Counted from the first letter of the stretch, positions 18,837 through 26,978 are shown. The stretch: 32,000 bases of DNA from Nonlabens ponticola (GCF_003966335.1 NZ_CP034549.1:1050001-1082000); one strand, 5' to 3'. Numbers and translations are program-made. The notes: generated by a model not told the origin, from the sequence alone.

Positions 18837-19775
18837 TTAATCCTCGTCAATATTTTTCATCTTTTTCAAGCCTTCTTTCGCGAAAGCGTTATCTGCATCA
18901 TAGCCATCTTCACCTTCTAGCGCGATGTCCTTAAATTTATAGCTGAGCATTTTGTAGTACAGTTTGGCCGCTAGAAAATCTGACGATTTCTCGTTAGGAT
19001 TGGGGCACAATTCAACAATGTCAAATCCTACCACATTTTTCTCCTCAAAAACGGATTTCAAGAAATCCAGCGTCTCATACCAGAACAAGCCGCCTGGCTC
19101 TGGTGTGCCAGTTGACGGCAAGATGGATGGATCAAACGCATCTAGATCGATGGTGATGAATACATTTTCAGTCAAGGCCTCGACTACCTTTTCTTGCCAG
19201 TAGTCATCCTGAGCCATATCGTGAGCATAGAATGTTTTTTCATCTTCATTGACGCCTAGCTCAATGCTATCCATGGAACGTATGCCTACCTGAACAAGAT
19301 TGGTGTTCTGGCTAGCTTCATAAACGGCACAAGCATGATTGCAGGTGCTGCCATCATATTCTTTGCGCAGGTCTGCATGTGCGTCAAGTTGCAAAACGCT
19401 CAAATTTTCAAACATCTCGCTAAAAGCTCTAATGCTCCCTATGGAAATGGAATGCTCGCCACCAAATAATGTTACAAACTTGTTGCGTTTGATGTATTTT
19501 TTGGTGGTTTGATGGACCGCATCGACCATGGCTTCTGGTGACGAATTCTCAGTTACAGCATCGGCAAGAAAAACGCCGTGTCTATAAACCTCGCTGTCGG
19601 TTTCAATATCATACAATTCCATATTGCGACTTGCATTCAGAAATGCTTCTGGACCTTTGTCAGCACCTTTTTGCCAGGTGCTGGTACCATCATAAGGTAC
19701 CGGAATTAAAACAATGGATGCGCTATCAAGTGCGGCAAATTCATCCTCAATGCCTGCATAATTGTTATTGCTCAT
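18837..19775 (-). CDS. speB: Agmatinase (ureohydrolase family)
   Basis: Mn-binding ureohydrolase motifs FGGEHSIS, LDAHADLR and TIDLDAFDPS. The acidic C-terminal tail carries palindrome copy 7 (NAFAKE). Confidence 0.9.
   Translation of the reverse strand: MSNNNYAGIEDEFAALDSASIVLIPVPYDGTSTWQKGADKGPEAFLNASRNMELYDIETDSEVYRHGVFLADAVTENSSPEAMVDAVHQTTKKYIKRNKFVTLFGGEHSISIGSIRAFSEMFENLSVLQLDAHADLRKEYDGSTCNHACAVYEASQNTNLVQVGIRSMDSIELGVNEDEKTFYAHDMAQDDYWQEKVVEALTENVFITIDLDAFDPSILPSTGTPEPGGLFWYETLDFLKSVFEEKNVVGFDIVELCPNPNEKSSDFLAAKLYYKMLSYKFKDIALEGEDGYDADNAFAKEGLKKMKNIDED
18875..18887. repeat. Iterated palindrome copy 7, 12-nt core CTTTCGCGAAAG plus C
   Basis: Exact 12-nt core; the left flank is T rather than G. 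It lies inside the speB tail, read on the minus strand as GCT-TTC-GCG-AAA (AFAK). Confidence 0.95.
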
Positions 19776-19825
19776 GGTAATAAATTATAAATCAGAGTAT
19801 TAAATATAATAAATGAGATTCAGGA

Positions 19826-21220
19826 TTATTGATATCCTAGGATTTCCAGCATTTGCTCAGAGCTTTGTTGCTCTTTAAAAACACGCGTGGTGATCGCTCC
19901 ATCGTCATCGCGGTCGATCAAGACATGTTTAGGTGCTGGTATCAAACAGTGCTGCAAGCCACCATAACCACCTATGGTTTCTTGATAGGCACCTGTGTTG
20001 AAAAAGCCCACATATAATGGCTTGTCCTTATGATATTTAGGTAAATAGATGGCGTTGATGTTCTGCTCGCTATTGTAATAATCATCGCTATCGCAGGTCA
20101 AACCGCCTAAAAGCACACGCTCGTATTCATCATTCCATCTGTTCAAGGGTAGCATGATAAAACGCTTTGAAATCGCCCAGGAATCGGGTAATGTGGTAAT
20201 AAATGAGCTATTGATCATGGACCATTTCTCACGGTCGTTTTGCTGTTTTTGATACAGGATTTTGTAGATCGCACCACCAGATTCTCCTACGGTAAAAGAT
20301 CCAAATTCCGTAAATAGATGTGGTACATCGACGCCAGCTTCATCGCAGACTTGCTTGATCTGGCTCACGATTTCTTCTACCATGTATGCATAGTCAAACT
20401 CAAATGCAAGGCTATTCTTGATAGGGAAACCACCACCAATATTAAGACTGTCTAGAGTAGGGCAAATCTTTTTCAATTGAATGTATACCTTCAAACACTT
20501 ATGCAGCTCATTCCAGTAATAAGCATTGTCGCGTATTCCTGTGTTGATAAAAAAGTGTAACATCTTGAGATTAACCTGATTATTTGGCTCAATCTGATTC
20601 TTGAAAAAGGTCAAAATGTTTTTATAACCTATGCCTAGACGACTGGTGTAGAATTCAAACTTGGGCTCTTCCTCGCTAGCGATGCGTATACCTACATTGA
20701 AATTGCTATCAGTTGCTTCAGTAAGTAGCGATAACTCTTCATAATTATCAATTACAGGAATACAGTTTTTCTGGCCGCTATCAATTAGGCTCGCAATGTT
20801 TTGAATGTAAAGATCACGTTTAAAGCCATTACAAATGACAAAGGTTTCATCGTTGATCTTTCCTTCTTTTTTGAGGCTTTGCACAATATTGATGTCAAAA
20901 GCACTGCTGGTCTCAATATGGATATCATTCTTGAGCGCCGTGTCTAGCACATGCTTGAAATGGGAACTTTTGGTGCAATAGCAGTAGTTGTAGGTGGCTT
21001 TGTAGTCCGCTTTCGCGAAAGCGGAATCAAACCAACCTTTTGCACGTTGAATATTGTCAGAAATTTTAGGCAAATAACTGAATTTCAATGGTGTGCCATA
21101 TTCCTCGACCAATTTCATGAGGTCTATGCCATGAAATTGTAGGTGCTTGTTTTGTAATTCAAATTCTTCTGTAGGAAAGTGATAGGTCTGATCTATGAGA
21201 TCTATGTATTTAGTATTCAA
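19826..21220 (-). CDS. speA: Arginine decarboxylase, type-III PLP (alanine-racemase-fold) enzyme, Bacteroidota type
   Basis: 464 aa with the PLP-Lys context YCYCTKSS and the glycine-rich NIGGGFP loop. TTG start (MNTKYIDL), with a TACATTTG box 46 nt upstream. It contains palindrome copy 8. Confidence 0.85.
   Translation of the reverse strand: MNTKYIDLIDQTYHFPTEEFELQNKHLQFHGIDLMKLVEEYGTPLKFSYLPKISDNIQRAKGWFDSAFAKADYKATYNYCYCTKSSHFKHVLDTALKNDIHIETSSAFDINIVQSLKKEGKINDETFVICNGFKRDLYIQNIASLIDSGQKNCIPVIDNYEELSLLTEATDSNFNVGIRIASEEEPKFEFYTSRLGIGYKNILTFFKNQIEPNNQVNLKMLHFFINTGIRDNAYYWNELHKCLKVYIQLKKICPTLDSLNIGGGFPIKNSLAFEFDYAYMVEEIVSQIKQVCDEAGVDVPHLFTEFGSFTVGESGGAIYKILYQKQQNDREKWSMINSSFITTLPDSWAISKRFIMLPLNRWNDEYERVLLGGLTCDSDDYYNSEQNINAIYLPKYHKDKPLYVGFFNTGAYQETIGGYGGLQHCLIPAPKHVLIDRDDDGAITTRVFKEQQSSEQMLEILGYQ
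21007..21024. repeat. Iterated palindrome copy 8, extended to the 18-nt CCGCTTTCGCGAAAGCGG
   Basis: Exact 18-nt palindrome inside speA, read as AFAK (SAFAKA). Confidence 0.97.
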
Positions 21221-21265
21221 TATATTGAGTCTGTGAGATTAAAAGTCGATTTCTCTAAAGATGCC

Positions 21266-21273
21266 CAAATGTA
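21266..21273 (-). promoter_or_regulatory. -7 box (TAnnTTTG) for the speA operon
   Basis: The minus strand reads TACATTTG, 46 nt before the TTG start. Confidence 0.4.
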
Positions 21274-21305
21274 TTGCAACCTATGTTAGCAAAATATTAA
21301 AAATG

Positions 21306-22283
21306 CTATATCATCTTAAGATTGATGATCTCTTGTGGCGTGAGGTATCGGTAATTGCCGCGAGGTAGATCTTTTTTGGTCAGCCCGCCTATGACCACAC
21401 GATCCAAAACCTTGACTTCATAACCTACAGCATCAAATAGTCGTTGTACCAGATTGTCCTTGCCGCTGTGTACCTCAAGTCCTATCTCATTATTTTTACC
21501 GCCATCCACATAGCTTATTTCTTCTACCTTGAATACCTCGCCGTCAATGTTGATACCATTGCGTATTTTCATCAAGTCCTCATGCTTGAAGCTGCGATCC
21601 AGCGCGACGTGATAGATTTTGCGCAGTTTTTGATTAGGGTTATTGAGCTTATTGGATAAATTGATATCGCTGGTAAAAACCATTAAACCAACGCTTTGTC
21701 TACCGAGACGTCCTATATAATGTAATTTTGACTCACTGGCATTTGCCATAAGGTCATGTACGGTCTTACTGGCTTTCTCGCCAGATCTAGGCGTGATAAA
21801 ACCTTTGGGTTTGTTGAGTAGTAAATATTCTTTCTTGCGAGGCTCGATAGATCTGCCATCAAACTTTACTTCATCGCTAGGCTGGACTTTGTAACCCATC
21901 TCAACCACAGGCTTGCCGTTTACGGTCACGCTTCCAGCTGCGATGTAAATATCAGCATCGCGACGGCTGCAAATTCCCGAGTTTGCTATGTATTTATTCA
22001 GGCGTATTCCTTTGGCATCACTTTTTGAGCTAGGCTTACTTTCTTTTTTCTTACGGTCTATGTATTCCTTCTTCGTTACTGGATTACCAGATCTTGAGGT
22101 GCCGATTACTTGATTCTTGCCGCCACGAGTATTTTTGGTGGGCGCAGCCTTGCGTCCAGAATTTGATCCTTTATGATCCTGAGATCCTGCATTGCGTCTG
22201 TTGCCGCCTTTTCCTGCAGCACCTTTGCTACCACCTTGACGTCCACTGGATTTTCCTCTGCTGCCTTCGTTACCTCTACTCAT
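21306..22283 (-). CDS. RsuA/RluB-family pseudouridine synthase homologue with an N-terminal Arg/Gly/Lys/Ser-rich tail; the catalytic Asp is replaced by Gly
   Basis: S4 domain (IRLNKYIANSGICSRRDADIYIAAGSVTVNGK) plus a catalytic domain. The universal GRLD motif reads GRLG here (GGT codon at 21702-21704). The first 90 aa or so are low-complexity RGG/K-rich. Confidence 0.8.
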   Translation of the reverse strand: MSRGNEGSRGKSSGRQGGSKGAAGKGGNRRNAGSQDHKGSNSGRKAAPTKNTRGGKNQVIGTSRSGNPVTKKEYIDRKKKESKPSSKSDAKGIRLNKYIANSGICSRRDADIYIAAGSVTVNGKPVVEMGYKVQPSDEVKFDGRSIEPRKKEYLLLNKPKGFITPRSGEKASKTVHDLMANASESKLHYIGRLGRQSVGLMVFTSDINLSNKLNNPNQKLRKIYHVALDRSFKHEDLMKIRNGINIDGEVFKVEEISYVDGGKNNEIGLEVHSGKDNLVQRLFDAVGYEVKVLDRVVIGGLTKKDLPRGNYRYLTPQEIINLKMI

Positions 22284-22299
22284 GACTCGTTATTTTTTG

Positions 22300-22307
22300 C
22301 AAAGGTA
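22300..22307 (-). promoter_or_regulatory. -7 box (TAnnTTTG) for the RluB-like gene
   Basis: The minus strand reads TACCTTTG, 17 nt before the ATG. Confidence 0.4.
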
Positions 22308-22356
22308 CAATTTTGGGAAATGCGTGATTAAACTTAAATCTAAGTTTAAAATAAAT

Positions 22357-22428
22357 CTGAACTTGAAACTGAAATTAAATTTGAACTTGAATTTGAACTG
22401 GAAACTAAAATGAAATGAAAACAAAATT
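22357..22428. repeat. Degenerate A/T-rich tandem repeat with a 6-nt (YTGAAM) / 12-nt (YTGAAYTKGAAW) period
   Basis: ctgaacttgaaa / ctgaaattaaat / ttgaacttgaat / ttgaactggaaa / ctaaaatgaaat / gaaaacaaaatt. It is intergenic, 74-145 nt upstream of the RluB-like gene start. Confidence 0.8.
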
Positions 22429-22492
22429 TTAATCCAAGTCAGTATTTAGAAAAGCAAACATTTCAAATAAGGTCAGTTTCAACTTTTTTCAA

Positions 22493-23092
22493 TCAATGAT
22501 CGTGTAAATGTTCACCATTCTCACTATTCATTTCTGCAAGTTGTTGGCGTTGCTCTGCTAGCGTTTCTACGTTAAATTGTTTGCGCACTTCATCTGTGAT
22601 CACAGTGGTATCCATGGGTTCCATAGTCCACGGTTCGTCACCCATTTTAAAATATTGAGTACCATAGATTTGTGGTTTGTTGACGCTTTGTAGGTATCTA
22701 TCTGTCGCTGCAGCAAGCAACCATTTATTAGCTGTGCTGTCTAATTCAACACTGCGCTCCATCAAATTCATAGCCATCTTGTAGGCGGTAGAATCGCCGC
22801 CATGCTGAAATACCATCGCAGCATGATAATGATCTTTGCTGGTAACTACCAGATTAGAATCTAACATTTCATAAACTCTAACTTCTCTCAGGCTATCACG
22901 TCTCGTCACTTCTGGCCAATTGATATTATCAGTCATACGATCTGATTGGTCATTTTCATAGATTTTGGCAAGTTCGACATTGTCATTAACCAGTTCTTCT
23001 TGTTCAGGTTCAGTTTTTTCCTGTTCGCTTTTACAGCTTGCGAACAGTGTGATACTTAAAAAAGTTAGTATGATGATTCTGGTGGATTTCAT
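22493..23092 (-). CDS. Hypothetical lipoprotein
   Basis: 199-aa ORF with the lipobox MKSTRIIILTFLSITLFASCKS. I recognise no family. Confidence 0.5.
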   Translation of the reverse strand: MKSTRIIILTFLSITLFASCKSEQEKTEPEQEELVNDNVELAKIYENDQSDRMTDNINWPEVTRRDSLREVRVYEMLDSNLVVTSKDHYHAAMVFQHGGDSTAYKMAMNLMERSVELDSTANKWLLAAATDRYLQSVNKPQIYGTQYFKMGDEPWTMEPMDTTVITDEVRKQFNVETLAEQRQQLAEMNSENGEHLHDH

Positions 23093-23225
23093 GGCTTGGG
23101 TTTTAAATGGCTTTTGTGACGCGCAAATAATTTGCTAGTCAAATCGTAAGTTAAAAGGAATTGTAGATTAAAGCTAGCAATGCTAGTATTTGAGCAAACC
23201 AATCTTAGTATGTACTACTAAATTA

Positions 23226-23720
23226 TCACTTTTTCTTTCTGAAAATACTTTTGAGGCCATTCCAAACCCTTTTATGAAATGGCGCCCTTTCAATAACGGT
23301 AAATGCAATTATTTCGCCGTGATTAAATTCAACATTAATAATTCTATTCTTCTTGTTTTGAAGAAGCTCATCATCGATGTTCAATTCCGTTGTTTCATAT
23401 CCTATATTAGAATAAACTAGTGTTATATTTTTCAGTGAGTCTAGTTCTTTGGTCACATTCAATCTGTAATTGCCGTCAAAGTCTGACGTAGTTCCAGTTC
23501 TAGTTCCTTTAATAAATACGTTAGCATAAGGTAAAGGGTAAGCTTCCATATCGGTCAGCTTTCCCGAAATGTAAATACTATCTTTTTTAACAGCATTTTT
23601 ATTGGTGATCGTTTCTTTCAATTTTATGAACTCTAGATCAAATTTTCTTTCCGTTTGTTCAGTTTTGATAGGCTCCGATTTCTCTTGTCCATAACTATTT
23701 AACGACAAGAAATTAAACAA
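23226..23720 (-). CDS. Carboxypeptidase-regulatory-like domain protein (C-terminal part of a gene split by an in-frame TAG)
   Basis: CarboxypepD_reg pattern (ISGKLTDMEAYPLPYANVFIKGTRTGTTSDFDGNYRL). It has only a TTG start and no proper signal peptide. It is in the same frame as the upstream ORF 23739..23990. Confidence 0.5.
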   Translation of the reverse strand: MFNFLSLNSYGQEKSEPIKTEQTERKFDLEFIKLKETITNKNAVKKDSIYISGKLTDMEAYPLPYANVFIKGTRTGTTSDFDGNYRLNVTKELDSLKNITLVYSNIGYETTELNIDDELLQNKKNRIINVEFNHGEIIAFTVIERAPFHKRVWNGLKSIFRKKK

Positions 23721-23738
23721 GCCAAAATAGAAAGAATT

Positions 23739-23990
23739 CTAAAAGTTCAGTTTTAATTGTTTCTGTTCTTGTGACGGTTTAGCGAGTTGTTCTTTATTAT
23801 AAAGTCCACAGACTTTTTGCTCTGAAAACAGATGCGTTTCTGCAACTTCAGAATCTGTCATTTTTCTGAAATCAACAATGGTATTGCTACACTTTAAACA
23901 AAGTCGTCCCATTTCATTTTTAGGCATGTCTGTCCAAACCTGATCGCATTGTTTTAAATTAGAAAGATTGATCTTAGTTACTCTGTACAT
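23739..23990 (-). CDS. Cys-containing (zinc-ribbon-like) N-terminal module (N-terminal part of the TAG-split gene)
   Basis: 83-aa ORF with a C-x15-C-x2-C pattern (QCDQVW..GRLCLKCSNTIVDF). It ends at the TAG at 23739-23741, immediately before a hydrophobic stretch that continues in frame. Confidence 0.45.
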   Translation of the reverse strand: MYRVTKINLSNLKQCDQVWTDMPKNEMGRLCLKCSNTIVDFRKMTDSEVAETHLFSEQKVCGLYNKEQLAKPSQEQKQLKLNF

Positions 23991-24016
23991 TATGTCTAAG
24001 TTACAATTACTCCTAT

Positions 24017-24967
24017 CTAATCCTCAAACCTCACCGTACTCTGTCGCTCGCGATTCACGTGCAACTGGGTCACGTCAGGTCTTGAATAGTGTCCAACAGC
24101 GTCAAAATTCTGTCGTTCTTCATAGATCCTATTGAAATCCAGGGTTGCCGTTATGATTTCTTCTTTGCCTATTTGCGGTTCAATGATCCACTCGCCATCG
24201 GGTCCAGCGATACAACTACCGCCATTGGCTAGCACATCAGGACAATTTTGTAGAATTTCTTCCAGATGCAAAGTGTCTGATGGCAAATCGGATCGAGTCA
24301 TCATACTGCTTACTGACAGTACAAACGTGCGACCTTCACGAGCGATGAAACGTGTGATATCTCTCGTATTATGATCACTACCAGGCCAGCACGCCACGTG
24401 CAGATTGGTGCCTTGAGCATACATCGCAGCTCGTGGCAACGGCATCCAGTTTTCCCAGCAATTGAGTCCGCTCATGGTAAAGTCTTTCAACTTGTGCGTT
24501 ACCAGACCATGACCGTCACCTGGCGCCCAAGTTAATCGCTCGTCATAGGTAGGTTGCAATTTTCTGTGGCTGCTCTTGATTTCACCGTTCTGGTTGATGT
24601 ACACCATGCTCGCATAGATGCTGTGACCACCTCGATCTTGTGGTCGTTCGATCAGTCCTAAGTAGATGGCTATTTTGTTAGCTTTCGCGAAAGCACAAAC
24701 AGCATCCAGATCTCCTGCTTCTAGATCGACCGAGTTTAATACATACTGACGGTGCAACTCTTTGACCACGGTTTTATTCCAAGCAGCGCCATCAGTCAAG
24801 GCTAGCCAAAATGGATAACCAGGTAACAATGCCTCACCAAAAACCACGAGTTCCGCGCCCTTATTTTTTGCTTGTTGCAGGCTGTCCAAAATCTTTTCTA
24901 GAGTTGCTTTCTTGTTAAGCCATACAGGCGAAATCTGGGCTAGGGCAACGTTGATCTGTGAGTTCAT
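24017..24967 (-). CDS. Nitrilase (nitrilase-superfamily branch 1)
   Basis: Glu-Lys-Cys triad contexts VFGEALLPGYP, HRKLQPT and LNCWENWMP. Its start shares one nucleotide with the upstream UbiA stop (TAATG). It contains palindrome copy 9. Confidence 0.85.
   Translation of the reverse strand: MNSQINVALAQISPVWLNKKATLEKILDSLQQAKNKGAELVVFGEALLPGYPFWLALTDGAAWNKTVVKELHRQYVLNSVDLEAGDLDAVCAFAKANKIAIYLGLIERPQDRGGHSIYASMVYINQNGEIKSSHRKLQPTYDERLTWAPGDGHGLVTHKLKDFTMSGLNCWENWMPLPRAAMYAQGTNLHVACWPGSDHNTRDITRFIAREGRTFVLSVSSMMTRSDLPSDTLHLEEILQNCPDVLANGGSCIAGPDGEWIIEPQIGKEEIITATLDFNRIYEERQNFDAVGHYSRPDVTQLHVNRERQSTVRFED
24681..24694. repeat. Iterated palindrome copy 9, GCTTTCGCGAAAGC
   Basis: Exact 14-mer inside the nitrilase gene, read as AFAK (CAFAKA). 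Confidence 0.97.
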
Positions 24968-25908
24968 TACAGGTTGTTTAGTCGTTCTAAAATGGCTGGT
25001 AGGTCGATCAAAAGAATTGAGAAGACTCCAGCGACGATGATGATTTTTAATATAAAATGGATGAGTAGATACTCACGTTTGCGCCTTGATGACCACAGTA
25101 ACGGCAGGCATACCAGCAGCGCACCGGTGATAAAAGTAAAATAGTAGCTCATGTAGCCAGTCTCAAAAAATAGAATTAGGACGGCGACTGGCACCATGGT
25201 TACCAATGTTATCAAGGTGTAGAACTGTTTGGCTTTGCGCTCGCCAAGAACAACAGGTACTGTACGATAATCTTGCGCTAGATCGCCTCTCAGGTTTTCT
25301 AGATCCTTGATAAGCTCGCGCATGCTGAGAATGAGAAACAAGAATAATCCGTGAACCAATATGACTGGATAGAAGTTGCGGTAGTACATGAACAGAACAA
25401 AGAATGGCGTGATGGAAAGCGCCGCTGCCATCAAATTACCTAAGAATAGCACTTTACTGAGCTTGTGAGAATAAAACCACATCGCAAAAATGTAGCCCAT
25501 GTAAAACAGGCCAGCACGCCAGGAAACGATAAATCCTAAGGTTACCGAAATGGCATTAAGCGAGAAATAAACAGACCATAATGTGGAACGACTTACCTGA
25601 TTTTCCAACAAAGTCTTTTGCGGTCTATTGATTAAGTCTTTCTCCTGATCGTAAAAGTTATTGATGATATATCCTGCAGATATCGCCGCAGCAGTAGCCA
25701 CGATAATGAGCCAAAGGTTGTAATCTGCAACAACTTCCATTACTGGTCTATCGGTGGCCATAATGAATACGGCGGCTAGCAATTGTGCTATGGCAATGAG
25801 CGCAATGTTGTACAATCGCACAGAAGAAAACAGGCTGAGAACCTTTAAAGAAAGCTCTTTAAATCCAGAAGATGGTCGTGATGTAGCAGCCTCGTGATTC
25901 ATGTTCAA
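24967..25908 (-). CDS. UbiA-family membrane prenyltransferase (homologues are often annotated as DGGGP-synthase-like)
   Basis: About 8-9 TM helices and the first Asp-rich motif NNFYDQEKDLINRP. The start is either TTG 25908 or ATG 25902. Confidence 0.8.
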   Translation of the reverse strand: MNMNHEAATSRPSSGFKELSLKVLSLFSSVRLYNIALIAIAQLLAAVFIMATDRPVMEVVADYNLWLIIVATAAAISAGYIINNFYDQEKDLINRPQKTLLENQVSRSTLWSVYFSLNAISVTLGFIVSWRAGLFYMGYIFAMWFYSHKLSKVLFLGNLMAAALSITPFFVLFMYYRNFYPVILVHGLFLFLILSMRELIKDLENLRGDLAQDYRTVPVVLGERKAKQFYTLITLVTMVPVAVLILFFETGYMSYYFTFITGALLVCLPLLWSSRRKREYLLIHFILKIIIVAGVFSILLIDLPAILERLNNL

Positions 25909-25981
25909 ATGTAAGTATTCTAGTTACTTTCTTTAATTTAAAAGCAGCCCGCTTGAATTGATTTTATTGATAGCAGGTCAT

Positions 25982-26007
25982 AAAAAAACCTTGCCGAGGC
26001 AAGGTTT
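25982..26007 (-). terminator. Rho-independent terminator after the mevalonate operon
   Basis: The minus strand reads AAACCTTGC-CTCG-GCAAGGTTT followed by TTTT. It lies 20 nt after the GHMP-kinase stop. Confidence 0.7.
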
Positions 26008-26026
26008 GAATATTATAGTTTGATTT

Positions 26027-26965
26027 CTAAAAATTATAAACTACTTCCAGCTTATAATCCTTTAGAGCTTTTTCTGCTTTCTCTAGATCTTCGGTAAAAC
26101 CTAGGATGTAGCCACCACCACCAGAGCCGCAAAGCTTCAGGTAGTAATCACCTGTGTCCAGTCCTTTTTTCCACAGTGCGTGGAATTGCGTAGGTATCAT
26201 AGGTTTGAAATTGTCAAGAACAGTACGAGAAAGATGTTTTACATTACCAAATAATCCTTTGACATCACCGCTCAAGAAGTCATCTACACACAAGTCTGTG
26301 TACTTCACAAACTGATCTTTCAACATTTTACGGAATCCTTCTTTCTTCATGTTTTCCATGAAAATATTGACCATAGGTGCTGTTTCACCTGTCATTCCAG
26401 AATCCAACAGAAACACAGCGCCTTTACCAGTCGCCAATTGCGATGGGATGCCAGCTGGTTCAATATTGTCTTTACTATTTATAAGGATAGGCAAGCTCAA
26501 GTAACTGTTCAATGGATCCAATCCAGAGCTCTTGCCGTGGAAGAAACTTTCAATCTTGCCAAAAATCTCTTTAAGTGTCAATAGTCGCTCCCGAGTCAAA
26601 TTTTCAAGAACGGTGATTTTTTCTAGGGCGTATTTATCATAGATAGAGGCTACCAGCGCACCACTACTACCTACACCATAACCTTGTGGTATGCTGCTGT
26701 CAAAGTACATTCCTGCGTCAATATCTGCGCGCATGGATTGTACATTAAATGCTGGAAAATCAGGATCGCTGGCAGCTAGTTCTTCAATATGACCAGCCAG
26801 TCTTGCCAGGCTGCGATTAGAAGCTGCAGCGGTCTCGTCGAGCTCATCAGTAATCTTGAGAGCGCCGTTGTAAAAGTTATAAGGGATGGAAAGTCCTTTT
26901 GAGTCCTTAATTATCCCATACTCGCCGAACAACAAGATCTTTGAGTAAAAAAGTGGTCCTTTCAT
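26027..26965 (-). CDS. GHMP-family kinase of the mevalonate pathway (mevalonate kinase or phosphomevalonate kinase)
   Basis: GHMP ATP motif PQGYGVGSSGALVASI and N-terminal KILLFGEYGII. I prefer ATG 26965 (MKGPLFYSK), because the track start at 26998 would overlap the upstream gene by 20 nt. A rho-independent terminator follows. Confidence 0.8.
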   Translation of the reverse strand: MKGPLFYSKILLFGEYGIIKDSKGLSIPYNFYNGALKITDELDETAAASNRSLARLAGHIEELAASDPDFPAFNVQSMRADIDAGMYFDSSIPQGYGVGSSGALVASIYDKYALEKITVLENLTRERLLTLKEIFGKIESFFHGKSSGLDPLNSYLSLPILINSKDNIEPAGIPSQLATGKGAVFLLDSGMTGETAPMVNIFMENMKKEGFRKMLKDQFVKYTDLCVDDFLSGDVKGLFGNVKHLSRTVLDNFKPMIPTQFHALWKKGLDTGDYYLKLCGSGGGGYILGFTEDLEKAEKALKDYKLEVVYNF

Positions 26966-26978
26966 AGTAAAAATTCCT

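Noticed and set aside
22282-22413. 43-codon plus-strand mini-ORF across the hexamer repeat, ending in an (L-N/L-K) dipeptide run (INLNLKLKLNLNLNLNWKLK)
   Set aside because: It is a trivial consequence of translating a 6-nt repeat. Its ATG overlaps the start codon of the opposite-strand gene, it has no promoter box, and it is opposite in orientation to both neighbours. I treat it as non-coding repeat DNA.
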